A stretch of DNA of 32,000 bases from Mycolicibacterium smegmatis (GTDB lineage: Bacteria; Actinomycetota; Actinomycetes; Mycobacteriales; Mycobacteriaceae): the NCBI RefSeq assembly GCF_001457595.1, contig NZ_LN831039.1:6270001-6302000 (forward strand), given 5' to 3'. Position numbers and translations under genes: made by a program. The notes beneath the pieces were generated by a model that worked only from the letters and a program-made list of their open reading frames with translations, made no database searches and had not been told where the DNA came from. Shown here piece after piece: positions 16,524 through 24,493 of the stretch. Position 1 is the stretch's first letter; each line of letters opens with the position of its first letter.

Positions 16524-16544
16524 GGGACATCACTGTCTCATTTT
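16524..16544 (+). terminator. weak intrinsic terminator candidate after the RDD gene
   Basis: GGGACA-tcac-TGTCTC (6 bp including one G-U) followed by ATTTTGA. The stem is short and the call is low-confidence. Confidence 0.3.
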
Positions 16545-16554
16545 GAATCGCCGG

Positions 16555-16563
16555 TGCTATATT
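16555..16563 (+). promoter_or_regulatory. extended -10 (TGcTATATT) giving a probable leaderless TetR mRNA
   Basis: TG at 16555-16556 and TATATT at 16558-16563, exactly 7 nt before ATG 16571. There is no SD. This is the AT-richest patch in the area. Confidence 0.5.
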
Positions 16564-16570
16564 TTGATAC

Positions 16571-17140
16571 ATGACCAGCCCGAGCATCGAGAGCGGCGCG
16601 CGTGAACGCACACGTCGCGCGATCCTTGATGCCGCCATGCTGGTCCTGGCCGATCACCCCACCGCCGCACTCGGCGACATCGCCGCGGCCGCCGGGGTCG
16701 GACGCAGCACGGTGCACCGCTACTACCCGGAGCGCACCGACCTGCTGCGCGCGCTGGCCCGCCACGTCCACGACCTGAGCAACGCCGCGATCGAGCGCGC
16801 CGACCCGACCAGCGGTCCTGTCGACGCCGCGCTGCGCCGGGTCGTCGAGAGCCAGCTCGACCTGGGCCCGATCGTGCTGTTCGTCTACTACGAGCCCTCG
16901 ATCCTGGCCGATCCTGAACTCGCGGCCTACTTCGACATCGGGGACGAGGCCATCGTCGAGGTGCTCAACCGCGCGTCGACCGAGAGGCCCGAATATCCCC
17001 CAGGGTGGGCGCGACGGGTGTTCTGGGCACTGATGCAGGCCGGTTATGAGGCAGCCAAGGACGGCATGCCGCGTCACCAGATCGTCGACGCCATCATGAC
17101 CAGCCTGACCTCGGGCATCATCACCCTGCCGCGCACCTGA
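16571..17140 (+). CDS. TetR/AcrR family transcriptional regulator
   Basis: ORF 16571..17140. N-terminal HTH: RTRRAILDAAMLVLADHP...LGDIAAAAGVGRSTVHRYY. Confidence 0.9.
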   Translation: MTSPSIESGARERTRRAILDAAMLVLADHPTAALGDIAAAAGVGRSTVHRYYPERTDLLRALARHVHDLSNAAIERADPTSGPVDAALRRVVESQLDLGPIVLFVYYEPSILADPELAAYFDIGDEAIVEVLNRASTERPEYPPGWARRVFWALMQAGYEAAKDGMPRHQIVDAIMTSLTSGIITLPRT

Positions 17141-17211
17141 TCGGCGTCACTCCGCCGCGACGCACCCAAACCCTTTTTCACACCCCTTTTTTCCGTACAG
17201 GAGCTCTTCTC

Positions 17212-18726
17212 ATGTCCACCTGCATCGAGGGCACGCCGTCGACGACCAGGACGCCCACGCGCGCCTGGGTGGCGCTGGCCGTCCTCGCACTTCCGGTGCT
17301 GCTCATCGCGATCGACAACACCGTGCTGGCGTTCGCGTTGCCGCTGATCGCCGAGGACTTCCGCCCGTCGGCCACCACGCAGCTGTGGATCGTCGACGTG
17401 TACTCACTGGTGCTGGCCGCGCTGCTGGTCGCCATGGGCAGCCTCGGCGACCGACTGGGCCGCCGCAGGCTGCTGCTCATCGGCGGGGCCGGGTTCGCGG
17501 TGGTCTCGGCGCTGGCGGCCTTCGCCCCGAGCGCCGAGTTGCTGGTGGGAGCGCGCGCACTTCTCGGTGTGTTCGGCGCGATGCTGATGCCTTCGACGCT
17601 GTCGTTGATCCGCAACATCTTCACCGACGCGTCGGCGCGGCGGTTGGCCATCGCGATCTGGGCGTCGTGTTTCACCGCGGGTTCCGCGCTGGGCCCGATC
17701 GTCGGCGGCGCGCTGCTGGAGCATTTCCACTGGGGCGCAGTGTTCCTGGTGGCGGTGCCGATCCTGTTGCCGCTGCTGGTCCTCGGCCCGCGTCTGGTGC
17801 CCGAATCGCGTGATCCCAATCCGGGCCCGTTCGATCCCGTGAGCATCGTGCTGTCGTTCACGACCATGCTGCCCATCGTGTGGGCGGTCAAAACCGCGGC
17901 GCACGACGGTCTGTCGTCGGCGGCCGCGGCCGCGTTCGCCGTGGGCATCGTCTCGGGTGCGTTGTTCGTGCGACGGCAGAACCGCAGTGCCACACCGATG
18001 CTCGATATCGGCCTGTTCAAGGTCATGCCGTTCACGTCGTCGATCCTGGCGAACTTCCTGTCGATCATCGGCCTGATCGGGTTCATCTTCTTCATCTCGC
18101 AGCACCTTCAGTTGGTGCTGGGCCTGTCCCCGCTCACCGCCGGCCTGGTGACGCTGCCGGGTGCCGTGGTGTCGATGATCGCCGGCCTGGCCGTGGTGAA
18201 GGCCGCCAAACGCTTCGCACCCGACACCCTGATGGTCACGGGCCTGGTGTTCGTGGCGGTCGGGTTCCTGATGATCCTGTTGTTCCGCCACAACCTCACG
18301 GTGGCCGCGATCATCGCGTCGTTCGTGGTGCTCGAGCTCGGCGTCGGCGTCTCGCAGACCGTGTCCAACGACACCATCGTGGCGTCGGTTCCCGCCGCGA
18401 AATCCGGTGCGGCGTCCGCGGTTTCCGAGACGGCCTACGAGCTGGGCGCCGTGGTGGGCACAGCGACGCTGGGCACGATCTTCACGGCGTTCTACCGCAG
18501 CAACGTCGACGTGCCCGCGGGCCTGACGCCCGAGCAGACCGGTGCGGCGGCCGAGAGCATCGGCGGTGCGGCCGCGGTGGCAGCGGATCTGCCAGCCGCC
18601 ACCGCCACGCAGCTTCTCGATTCGGCCCGTGCGGCGTTCGATTCGGGTATCGCCCCGACCGCGGTGATCGCCGCGATGCTGGTGCTGGCCGCCGCCGCGG
18701 TGGTGGGTGTGGCGTTCAGGCGCTGA
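17212..18726 (+). CDS. MFS transporter, 14-TMS DHA2 (EmrB/QacA-like) drug:H+ antiporter family
   Basis: ORF 17212..18726. AGGAG lies 8 nt upstream. Motifs LPLIAEDF, GSLGDRLGRRRLLL (motif A) and the 504-aa length fit the 14-TMS architecture. Confidence 0.9.
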   Translation: MSTCIEGTPSTTRTPTRAWVALAVLALPVLLIAIDNTVLAFALPLIAEDFRPSATTQLWIVDVYSLVLAALLVAMGSLGDRLGRRRLLLIGGAGFAVVSALAAFAPSAELLVGARALLGVFGAMLMPSTLSLIRNIFTDASARRLAIAIWASCFTAGSALGPIVGGALLEHFHWGAVFLVAVPILLPLLVLGPRLVPESRDPNPGPFDPVSIVLSFTTMLPIVWAVKTAAHDGLSSAAAAAFAVGIVSGALFVRRQNRSATPMLDIGLFKVMPFTSSILANFLSIIGLIGFIFFISQHLQLVLGLSPLTAGLVTLPGAVVSMIAGLAVVKAAKRFAPDTLMVTGLVFVAVGFLMILLFRHNLTVAAIIASFVVLELGVGVSQTVSNDTIVASVPAAKSGAASAVSETAYELGAVVGTATLGTIFTAFYRSNVDVPAGLTPEQTGAAAESIGGAAAVAADLPAATATQLLDSARAAFDSGIAPTAVIAAMLVLAAAAVVGVAFRR

Positions 18727-20035
18727 TCCAGTTGCCGTGGAAGCCGTATGGCACCCGCCGCGGCAGTTCGATTCTGGCGACGGGCTTTCCGCCGAAATCG
18801 GAGGCGTCCAGGATCACCAGGTCGCTGCCGTCGCGCTCGGGGTCGTAGACGTAGCCCAGGTACCAGCCGTTCGACTCGTCGGCCGGGCCGGCACCGGGGA
18901 CGAACACGGCCTCGCCCGGTCCGCCGGTCCCGAGGTCGTGGCGCTGCGCGTCGCCGGTGGTCATGTCGTAGCGCACCCAGCCGTGGTCCCCGACGGCGAC
19001 CGAGTAGCGGGCGTGCAGACCCGCCAACCGGTCGTCGATGCGGGGGAATTCGACGGCGAGGTCGTCGAGTTGGCGTTCGGTGACGGCCCCGGTCTGCAGG
19101 TCGATCGTCCAGCTCCACAGCACGGCCTGCGCGTCGAAGCTTCCGTTGTCACGCCACAGCTCGGGGTACCGGACCGCCTGTACCACAACGGTGTTGCCGT
19201 GCTCATAGGCGTTGACGACATGGAAGATGTAGCACGGGTCGATGTCGAACCAGCGGATCTCGCCGAACGGATCGTCGCGGCGCAACAGCCCGAACCGCGC
19301 GCCGTAGGTGTCGCTCCACCGGTAGGGCATGTCACCCGTGCCCTTGAGCGCGATGTCGAGGTCGAACACCACCGGCAGGTCCATGAAGATCACGTGCCCG
19401 GAGGTCATGGCGAAGTCGTGCATCATGGTGTGCGCCTTGACATCCACGGGCCGGTTGACGGTGAGCTCGCCGTCGGCGTCGGCGCGGTGGTAGGTCACAT
19501 ACGGCTTGAAGAGGCTTCCGTAGCCGAAGAAGTGCATCTCCCCGGTGGTGGGGCAGATCTTCGGGTGCGCGGTCATGGAGTCGACGAGCTTGCCGCCGAA
19601 GTCGTAGGCGCCCACGGTCTCCAGTTCGCCCGTGATCTCGTACGGCAGTGAGGATTCCACGAGCGCGAGCGTCTTGCCCGCGTGGTTGACGATGTGCGTA
19701 TTGGCCACGGATGCACGGAGATTGCGGCTGCCGTCGGGGTTGTAGAGCGGGAAGCTCTCGATGAAGCTGTCGGTGCGCACCCAGCGGTTGCGGTACCACT
19801 TGGCGGCGCCGTTCTCGATGCGGACGCCGTGGATCATGCCGTCGCCGGTGAACCAGTGCGCGGTCGCCTGCCGCGGGTTCGGCCCGTTGCGCAGATACCA
19901 GCCGTCGAGTTCGGGCGGGATCGCGCCGGTCACCGGCAGGTCGTACTCGGTGAGTTCGTCGGGCACCGGCGCGTAGTTGCCCCGCCGGAAGAACTCGCCG
20001 GTGCCGGGCAGATTGGTGAGGTCGGTGTCGGTCAT
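18716..20035 (-). CDS. carotenoid (apocarotenoid/stilbene) cleavage oxygenase family protein
   Basis: ORF 18716..20035(-). RGNYAPVPDE, NGPNP, HWFTGDGMIHGVRI and HDFAMT, plus four spaced His, are characteristic of the CCD/RPE65 family. Confidence 0.9.
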   Translation of the reverse strand: MTDTDLTNLPGTGEFFRRGNYAPVPDELTEYDLPVTGAIPPELDGWYLRNGPNPRQATAHWFTGDGMIHGVRIENGAAKWYRNRWVRTDSFIESFPLYNPDGSRNLRASVANTHIVNHAGKTLALVESSLPYEITGELETVGAYDFGGKLVDSMTAHPKICPTTGEMHFFGYGSLFKPYVTYHRADADGELTVNRPVDVKAHTMMHDFAMTSGHVIFMDLPVVFDLDIALKGTGDMPYRWSDTYGARFGLLRRDDPFGEIRWFDIDPCYIFHVVNAYEHGNTVVVQAVRYPELWRDNGSFDAQAVLWSWTIDLQTGAVTERQLDDLAVEFPRIDDRLAGLHARYSVAVGDHGWVRYDMTTGDAQRHDLGTGGPGEAVFVPGAGPADESNGWYLGYVYDPERDGSDLVILDASDFGGKPVARIELPRRVPYGFHGNWISA

Positions 20036-20073
20036 GAGGTCTCCTCAACGGCGGGCCGTGACGCCTCCCACAC

Positions 20074-20114
20074 TGACATTCCATAAGTGACATGTCAATA
20101 GTGGAAGCTAAGAT
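20074..20114 (+). promoter_or_regulatory. PadR promoter/operator region: perfect 10-bp palindrome TGACATGTCA plus upstream TGACAT half-site, overlapping a gTGACA-N16-TAAGAT promoter
   Basis: TGACAT at 20074-20079 and TGACATGTCA at 20088-20097. TAAGAT at 20109-20114 ends 6 nt before ATG 20121 with no SD, suggesting a leaderless mRNA. The region sits between the divergent oxygenase and PadR genes. Confidence 0.45.
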
Positions 20115-20120
20115 GCGTCC

Positions 20121-20645
20121 ATGAGCCTGCGCATGGCCGCACTCGGCCTGTTGGTACAGCAACCCGGTAGCGGATACGACCTGCTCAGACGGTTCGAGAA
20201 GTCGATGGCGAACGTCTGGCCCGCCACCCAGAGCCAGCTCTACGGCGAGCTCAACAAGCTCGCGGCAGCCGGCCTCATCGAGGTGTCTGCGGTCGGCCCG
20301 CGCGGCCGCAAGGAGTACCGGGCCACCGACGCGGGCCGCGCCGAACTGCTGCGCTGGATCACCAACCCGCAGGACGATCCGCCCGAGCGCAGCGCCGAAC
20401 TGCTGCGGGTGTTCCTGCTGGGTGAACTGCCACCCGAACAGGCCCGCGAGCACCTGCTGACGCTCGCGGCCCACTCGGACGGCGAGGTCGAACGGCTCCG
20501 GACGCTCGAGGCCGCGATCGACTGGGCCGATGAGCCGGGGGCCGATGTCTTCAGCCACGCCGCACTGGACTACGGGCTGCGCATGCACACCATGCAGGCC
20601 CAGTGGGCGCGCGACGTGGTCGCGCGGATGAACGCCAATCGATAG
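20121..20645 (+). CDS. PadR family transcriptional regulator (PadR-1 type with C-terminal domain)
   Basis: ORF 20121..20645. The winged-helix pattern is ALGLLVQQPGSGYDLLRRFE...SQLYGELNKLAAAGLIE. Confidence 0.88.
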   Translation: MSLRMAALGLLVQQPGSGYDLLRRFEKSMANVWPATQSQLYGELNKLAAAGLIEVSAVGPRGRKEYRATDAGRAELLRWITNPQDDPPERSAELLRVFLLGELPPEQAREHLLTLAAHSDGEVERLRTLEAAIDWADEPGADVFSHAALDYGLRMHTMQAQWARDVVARMNANR

Positions 20646-20660
20646 CTCACCGTTGCATCG

Positions 20661-20696
20661 CCGATAGTTTCCGATATATCGTTGAGTTATCGGAAA
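20661..20696 (+). promoter_or_regulatory. nested palindromes between the two PadR genes (candidate operator)
   Basis: CGATATATCG (20672-20681) is a perfect palindrome. It is nested in the 9-bp inverted repeat TTTCCGATA (20668-20676) / TATCGGAAA (20688-20696). A third CCGATA lies at 20661-20666. The patch is AT-rich and sits ~35 nt upstream of the SD of the second PadR gene. Confidence 0.35.
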
Positions 20697-20728
20697 ACGC
20701 ATCCGGCGTTTCAACGAAAGGAGCTTTC

Positions 20729-21469
20729 ATGAGCACCCCCTTCGCATTTCCCACCGGCGACTTCGGATTCGGCCCCGCCGGCCGTCGCGCCATGCTCCAC
20801 CACCGTCGAGCGGCCCGTCGCGAGTTCCGCGACCAGATGCGGGCGCATCTCCACGAGGCCCGCGAGCAGGCCCTCGACCCGCGCTGCGAGATGGGCGGGC
20901 CCGGCGGCCCCGGCCCCATGGGCGGACCGGGCCGCGGCTTCGGCGGGTTCGGGTTCGGCTTCGATCCGGGCGCGGGTTTCGGGTTCGGTCCGGGCGGACC
21001 GCGCGGACGCCGCGGCCACGGCCGCGGGCGGCGCGGCCGTCGCGGTGACGTGCGCGCCGCAATCCTGAAACTGTTGGCCGAGCGCCCCATGCACGGCTAC
21101 GAGATGATCCAGGAGATCGGCGAGCGCACCGACAACCTGTGGCGCCCCAGCCCCGGTTCGGTGTATCCCACACTGCAACTGCTGGTCGACGAGGGCCTGA
21201 TCAGCGGCACCGAGACCGAGGGCAGCAAGAAGCTGTTCGAACTCACCGAGGCAGGTCGCGCGGCCGCCGAGGCGATCGAGACCCCGCCGTGGGAGCAGAT
21301 CGCCGAAGACGTGGACCCGGCCGCGGTCAACCTGCGCGGGGCCATCGCCCAGTTGATGGGTGCGGTCGCCCAGTCGGCGTACACCGCGACCGAGGACCAG
21401 CAGCAACGCATCCTCGACGTGGTCAACAACGCCCGCCGCGAGATCTACCAGATCCTCGGCGAGGAGTGA
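20729..21469 (+). CDS. PadR family transcriptional regulator with ~110-aa Gly/Arg-rich disordered N-terminal extension
   Basis: C-terminal 246 codons of ORF 20603..21469. GAAAGGAG lies 5 nt upstream of ATG 20729. The winged helix is AAILKLLAERPMHGYEMIQEI...GSVYPTLQLLVDEGLI. The N-terminus contains GGPGGPGPMGGPGRGFGGFGFGFDPGAGFGFGPGGPRGRRGHGRGRRGRRG. Confidence 0.85.
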   Translation: MSTPFAFPTGDFGFGPAGRRAMLHHRRAARREFRDQMRAHLHEAREQALDPRCEMGGPGGPGPMGGPGRGFGGFGFGFDPGAGFGFGPGGPRGRRGHGRGRRGRRGDVRAAILKLLAERPMHGYEMIQEIGERTDNLWRPSPGSVYPTLQLLVDEGLISGTETEGSKKLFELTEAGRAAAEAIETPPWEQIAEDVDPAAVNLRGAIAQLMGAVAQSAYTATEDQQQRILDVVNNARREIYQILGEE

Positions 21470-21489
21470 CCAACCCGTAGGCTGCCCAC

Positions 21490-22170
21490 GTGGACAGCCT
21501 CGTCACCGTGATCGTGCCGGCGTTCGTCGGCGTCCTGACCGCAGTCGCCGCCGTCATCGGCCTCGAATACCGGGATGTGGACGCCTTCGAGCGCCGGCGC
21601 GCGATCTGGCAGTGGTTGCTGGTGCTGCTCGCGACCGTCGCGACGGCGGGCGCCACCAACTCGGCCTCCGGCGTCGGACACCTCGTCACCGCGGCCGCCC
21701 TGGGAACGTTCGCCGCGGCCGCCGTGATCCTCGCGCACTTCATGTGGCGCAGGCGGGTTCCCGACGCCGAACCCCGCATCGTGGGGCTCGCGACGTCGGC
21801 CGCGGTGCTCGCGGTCCTGGTCGTGGCCAGCTCGGTGACGCTCACCTATGTGCAGGGCAAGAGTTGCCGCCAGGCCGATCCGCTCATCCAATCCAGCCTG
21901 GCCAGTTCGGGTTTCATCCTGCCGGTATTCGACGCCAACCAGGGCCCCACGAAGGGCGACTTCGACAACTGGTCGAGGCTGATCCGCGAGCAGGCCCAGG
22001 CTGTCACCGCAGGCGGAGAGGTGGCCGAAAGCGCCGGGCACATCGGCGAACTGGCAGGCCAGATCACCGACGCCGTGCGGTCGGACGACCGTGGCACCCA
22101 CGCCATGCTGGGCGCGCAGTACTACGACGAACTGAAGGTCCTGCTCACCAAGTGCCACCCACAGGGGTAG
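21490..22170 (+). CDS. hypothetical membrane protein (about 4 TM helices plus a soluble C-terminal domain)
   Basis: ORF 21490..22170 with a GTG start 20 nt after the PadR stop. Four hydrophobic segments are followed by a ~100-aa polar domain with two Cys. No family recognised. Confidence 0.6.
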   Translation: MDSLVTVIVPAFVGVLTAVAAVIGLEYRDVDAFERRRAIWQWLLVLLATVATAGATNSASGVGHLVTAAALGTFAAAAVILAHFMWRRRVPDAEPRIVGLATSAAVLAVLVVASSVTLTYVQGKSCRQADPLIQSSLASSGFILPVFDANQGPTKGDFDNWSRLIREQAQAVTAGGEVAESAGHIGELAGQITDAVRSDDRGTHAMLGAQYYDELKVLLTKCHPQG

Positions 22171-22173
22171 TGG

Positions 22174-23691
22174 TCACTCGATCTCGACCCAGTCGAGGGT
22201 GCGCTGAACGGCCTTCTGCCAGCCCGCGTATCCCTTCTCGCGTTGCTCATCCGACCACTGCGGCGACCAGCGCTTGTCCTCCTGCCAGTTGGCCCGCAAG
22301 TCGTCGGCGTTCTCCCAGAAGCCCACCGCCAGACCGGCCGCGTACGCCGCACCGAGCGCGGTGGTCTCGGCGACCACGGGCTTGACCACGTCGACGCCGA
22401 GCACGTCGGCCTGGATCTGCATGCACAGCGCGTTGGCGGTGATCCCACCGTCGACCTTGAGAACCTCAAGGTGCACACCGGAATCCGCCTCCATGGCGTC
22501 GACCACGTCGCGGCTCTGATAGCAGATCGACTCCAGCGTCGCACGCGCCAGGTGCGCGTTGGTGTTGAACCGCGACAGGCCCACGATCGCGCCGCGCGCG
22601 TCGCTGCGCCAGTACGGCGCGAACAGGCCGGAGAAGGCGGGCACGAAGTACACGCCGCCGTTGTCGCTGACCTGCCGCGCCAGCGACTCGCTCTGCGACG
22701 CACCGCTGATGATGCCCAACTGGTCGCGCAACCACTGCACAGCCGATCCGGTCACCGCGATGGAACCCTCAAGCGCGTAAACCGGTTTCGAGTCGCCGAA
22801 CTGGTAGCACACCGTGGTCAGCAGACCGTTGTCCGAGCGCACGATCTTCTCACCGGTGTTGAGCAGCAGGAAATTGCCGGTGCCATAGGTGTTCTTGGCC
22901 TCGCCGGCCTCCAGGCACACCTGGCCGACCATCGCGGCCTGCTGGTCACCGAGGATGCCGGTCAGCGGCACCTGCCCGGCCAGCGGACCGTCGTCACGCG
23001 TGATGCCGTACGACTCCGGATACGACGACGGCTTGATCTCGGGCAGCATCCGGCGCGGAATCCCGAAGAACGACAACAGTTCGTCGTCCCAGTCGAGGGT
23101 CTCCAGGTTCATCAGCATGGTGCGGCTGGCGTTGGTGACGTCGGTGACGTGCACGCCGCCGCGCGTACCGCCGGTGAGGTTCCACACCAGCCAACTGTCG
23201 GCGGTCCCGAAGATCGCGTCGCCCTTCTCGGCGTCCTCGCGGACCCCCGGCACGTTGTCCAGGATCCACTGGATCTTGCCGCCCGAGAAGTACGTCGCGG
23301 GCGGCAGACCGGCCTTGCGCCGGATGACGTCACCGCGGCCGTCACGGTCGAGTGCCGCGGCGATGCTGTCGGTGCGGGTGTCCTGCCACACGATCGCGTT
23401 GTAGTAGGGCCTGCCGGTGTGCCGGTTCCACACCAGCGACGTCTCGCGCTGGTTGGTGATGCCCAGCGCGGCCAGGTCGGAGGCCTGCAGATTCGTCCGG
23501 TTGAGTGCGGTCATCACCACCGATGCGGTGCGCTCCCAGATCTCCACCGGGTTGTGCTCGACCCAGCCCGCCCTGGGCAGGATCTGCTCGTGTTCGAGCT
23601 GGTGGCGGCCCACTTCGGCGCCGTCATGGTCGAAGATCATGCACCGCGTGCTCGTGGTGCCCTGGTCGATCGCTGCGACGAAATCGGCCAC
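22174..23691 (-). CDS. glpK: glycerol kinase
   Basis: ORF 22174..23739(-). [41 protein letters not shown] and GTGNFLL are canonical FGGY/GlpK motifs. I prefer GTG 23691 (505 aa) because GAAAGGGG lies 5 nt upstream. The alternative is ATG 23739. Confidence 0.95.
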   Translation of the reverse strand: MADFVAAIDQGTTSTRCMIFDHDGAEVGRHQLEHEQILPRAGWVEHNPVEIWERTASVVMTALNRTNLQASDLAALGITNQRETSLVWNRHTGRPYYNAIVWQDTRTDSIAAALDRDGRGDVIRRKAGLPPATYFSGGKIQWILDNVPGVREDAEKGDAIFGTADSWLVWNLTGGTRGGVHVTDVTNASRTMLMNLETLDWDDELLSFFGIPRRMLPEIKPSSYPESYGITRDDGPLAGQVPLTGILGDQQAAMVGQVCLEAGEAKNTYGTGNFLLLNTGEKIVRSDNGLLTTVCYQFGDSKPVYALEGSIAVTGSAVQWLRDQLGIISGASQSESLARQVSDNGGVYFVPAFSGLFAPYWRSDARGAIVGLSRFNTNAHLARATLESICYQSRDVVDAMEADSGVHLEVLKVDGGITANALCMQIQADVLGVDVVKPVVAETTALGAAYAAGLAVGFWENADDLRANWQEDKRWSPQWSDEQREKGYAGWQKAVQRTLDWVEIE

Positions 23692-23737
23692 TGTGCCCCT
23701 TTCGGGTCGCTCGCTCCTGCCGTATCGAAGGTCCATC

Positions 23738-24493
23738 ATGGCCTACATGGCCACCTCCACAGCCGATATCGCCGCCATGCCGCGCGGCGGGCCGCGCGCC
23801 TCCTGTCTGGACCGGCTGCTGCAGACCGATCGGCTGGAGTATCTGGACCGCGACGATGTCGATCAGCGCGTGAAGCGCAGCGTCGTGCGGGCCCTGGAGT
23901 GGACCGGCGACATGTTCGGCAACCACGAGAAGTTCGCGGCGATCGCGCTGGATCTGCTGGCCGAGGTGCCCGACCCGCGGATTCTCGAGCTCGGCGCGGG
24001 CCACGGCAGCGTGTCGCGCCGGCTGCTGGCCAACCACCCCACCGCGCACGTGACCGTCACCGACGTCGACCCGGCCGCGGTGGCCGTGATGGCCGACGGC
24101 GAGCTGGGTGATCATCCGCGCGCGGTGGTGCGTGCGATGGACGCCACCGACATCGACGCCGACGACGGCTCGTTCGATCTGGCGCTGTTCGCGTTGTCGT
24201 TTCACCACCTGTCCCCCGCTCAGGCCGCCGCGGTGTTCGCCGAGGGCACGCGGGTGGCGCGCACGCTGCTGATCATCGACCTGCCGCGCCCGCCCGCGCC
24301 GCTGCATCTGCTGCGACTGGCGACGATGCTGCCGCTCGCGCCGCTGGTGCCGTTCGTGCACGACGGCGTGATCAGCTCGCTGCGGTGTTACAGCCCGTCG
24401 GCCCTGCGGGCGCTGGCCGCGCACGCGGGCGTCACGGTCGAATTGCGCGGCGGCCTGACCACGCCGCAGATCGCGATCGCCCGGCGGGCCTAA
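23738..24493 (+). CDS. class I SAM-dependent methyltransferase
   Basis: C-terminal part of ORF 23417..24493. Motif [10 protein letters not shown] and post-I VTVTDVD are followed by [11 protein letters not shown]. The start is ATG 23738 or ATG 23747, and the latter has CATCAT 7 nt upstream. Confidence 0.8.
   Translation: MAYMATSTADIAAMPRGGPRASCLDRLLQTDRLEYLDRDDVDQRVKRSVVRALEWTGDMFGNHEKFAAIALDLLAEVPDPRILELGAGHGSVSRRLLANHPTAHVTVTDVDPAAVAVMADGELGDHPRAVVRAMDATDIDADDGSFDLALFALSFHHLSPAQAAAVFAEGTRVARTLLIIDLPRPPAPLHLLRLATMLPLAPLVPFVHDGVISSLRCYSPSALRALAAHAGVTVELRGGLTTPQIAIARRA

Noticed and set aside
17171-17195. CCCTTTTT / CCCCTTTTTT tracts between the TetR and MFS genes as a terminator or riboswitch
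   Set aside because: The preceding stem is only a weak 5-bp GCGTC/GACGC pair, and no conserved riboswitch-like structure is recognisable. The tracts are more likely a pyrimidine-rich spacer before the AGGAG SD.
17178-18291. 305-aa and 295-aa minus-strand ORFs (17178..18095, 17404..18291)
   Set aside because: Both are antisense to the MFS transporter. One is Ser/Ala/Thr/Arg-rich and the other Arg/His/Gln/Asp-rich. The plus frame gives a textbook 14-TMS protein.
22243-24111. 622-aa ORF on the plus strand
   Set aside because: It is antisense to glpK, whose translation carries canonical FGGY kinase motifs. The product is Arg/Gly/Val/His-rich noise. Its 3' part merely runs, in a different frame, into the 5' portion of the real methyltransferase gene.
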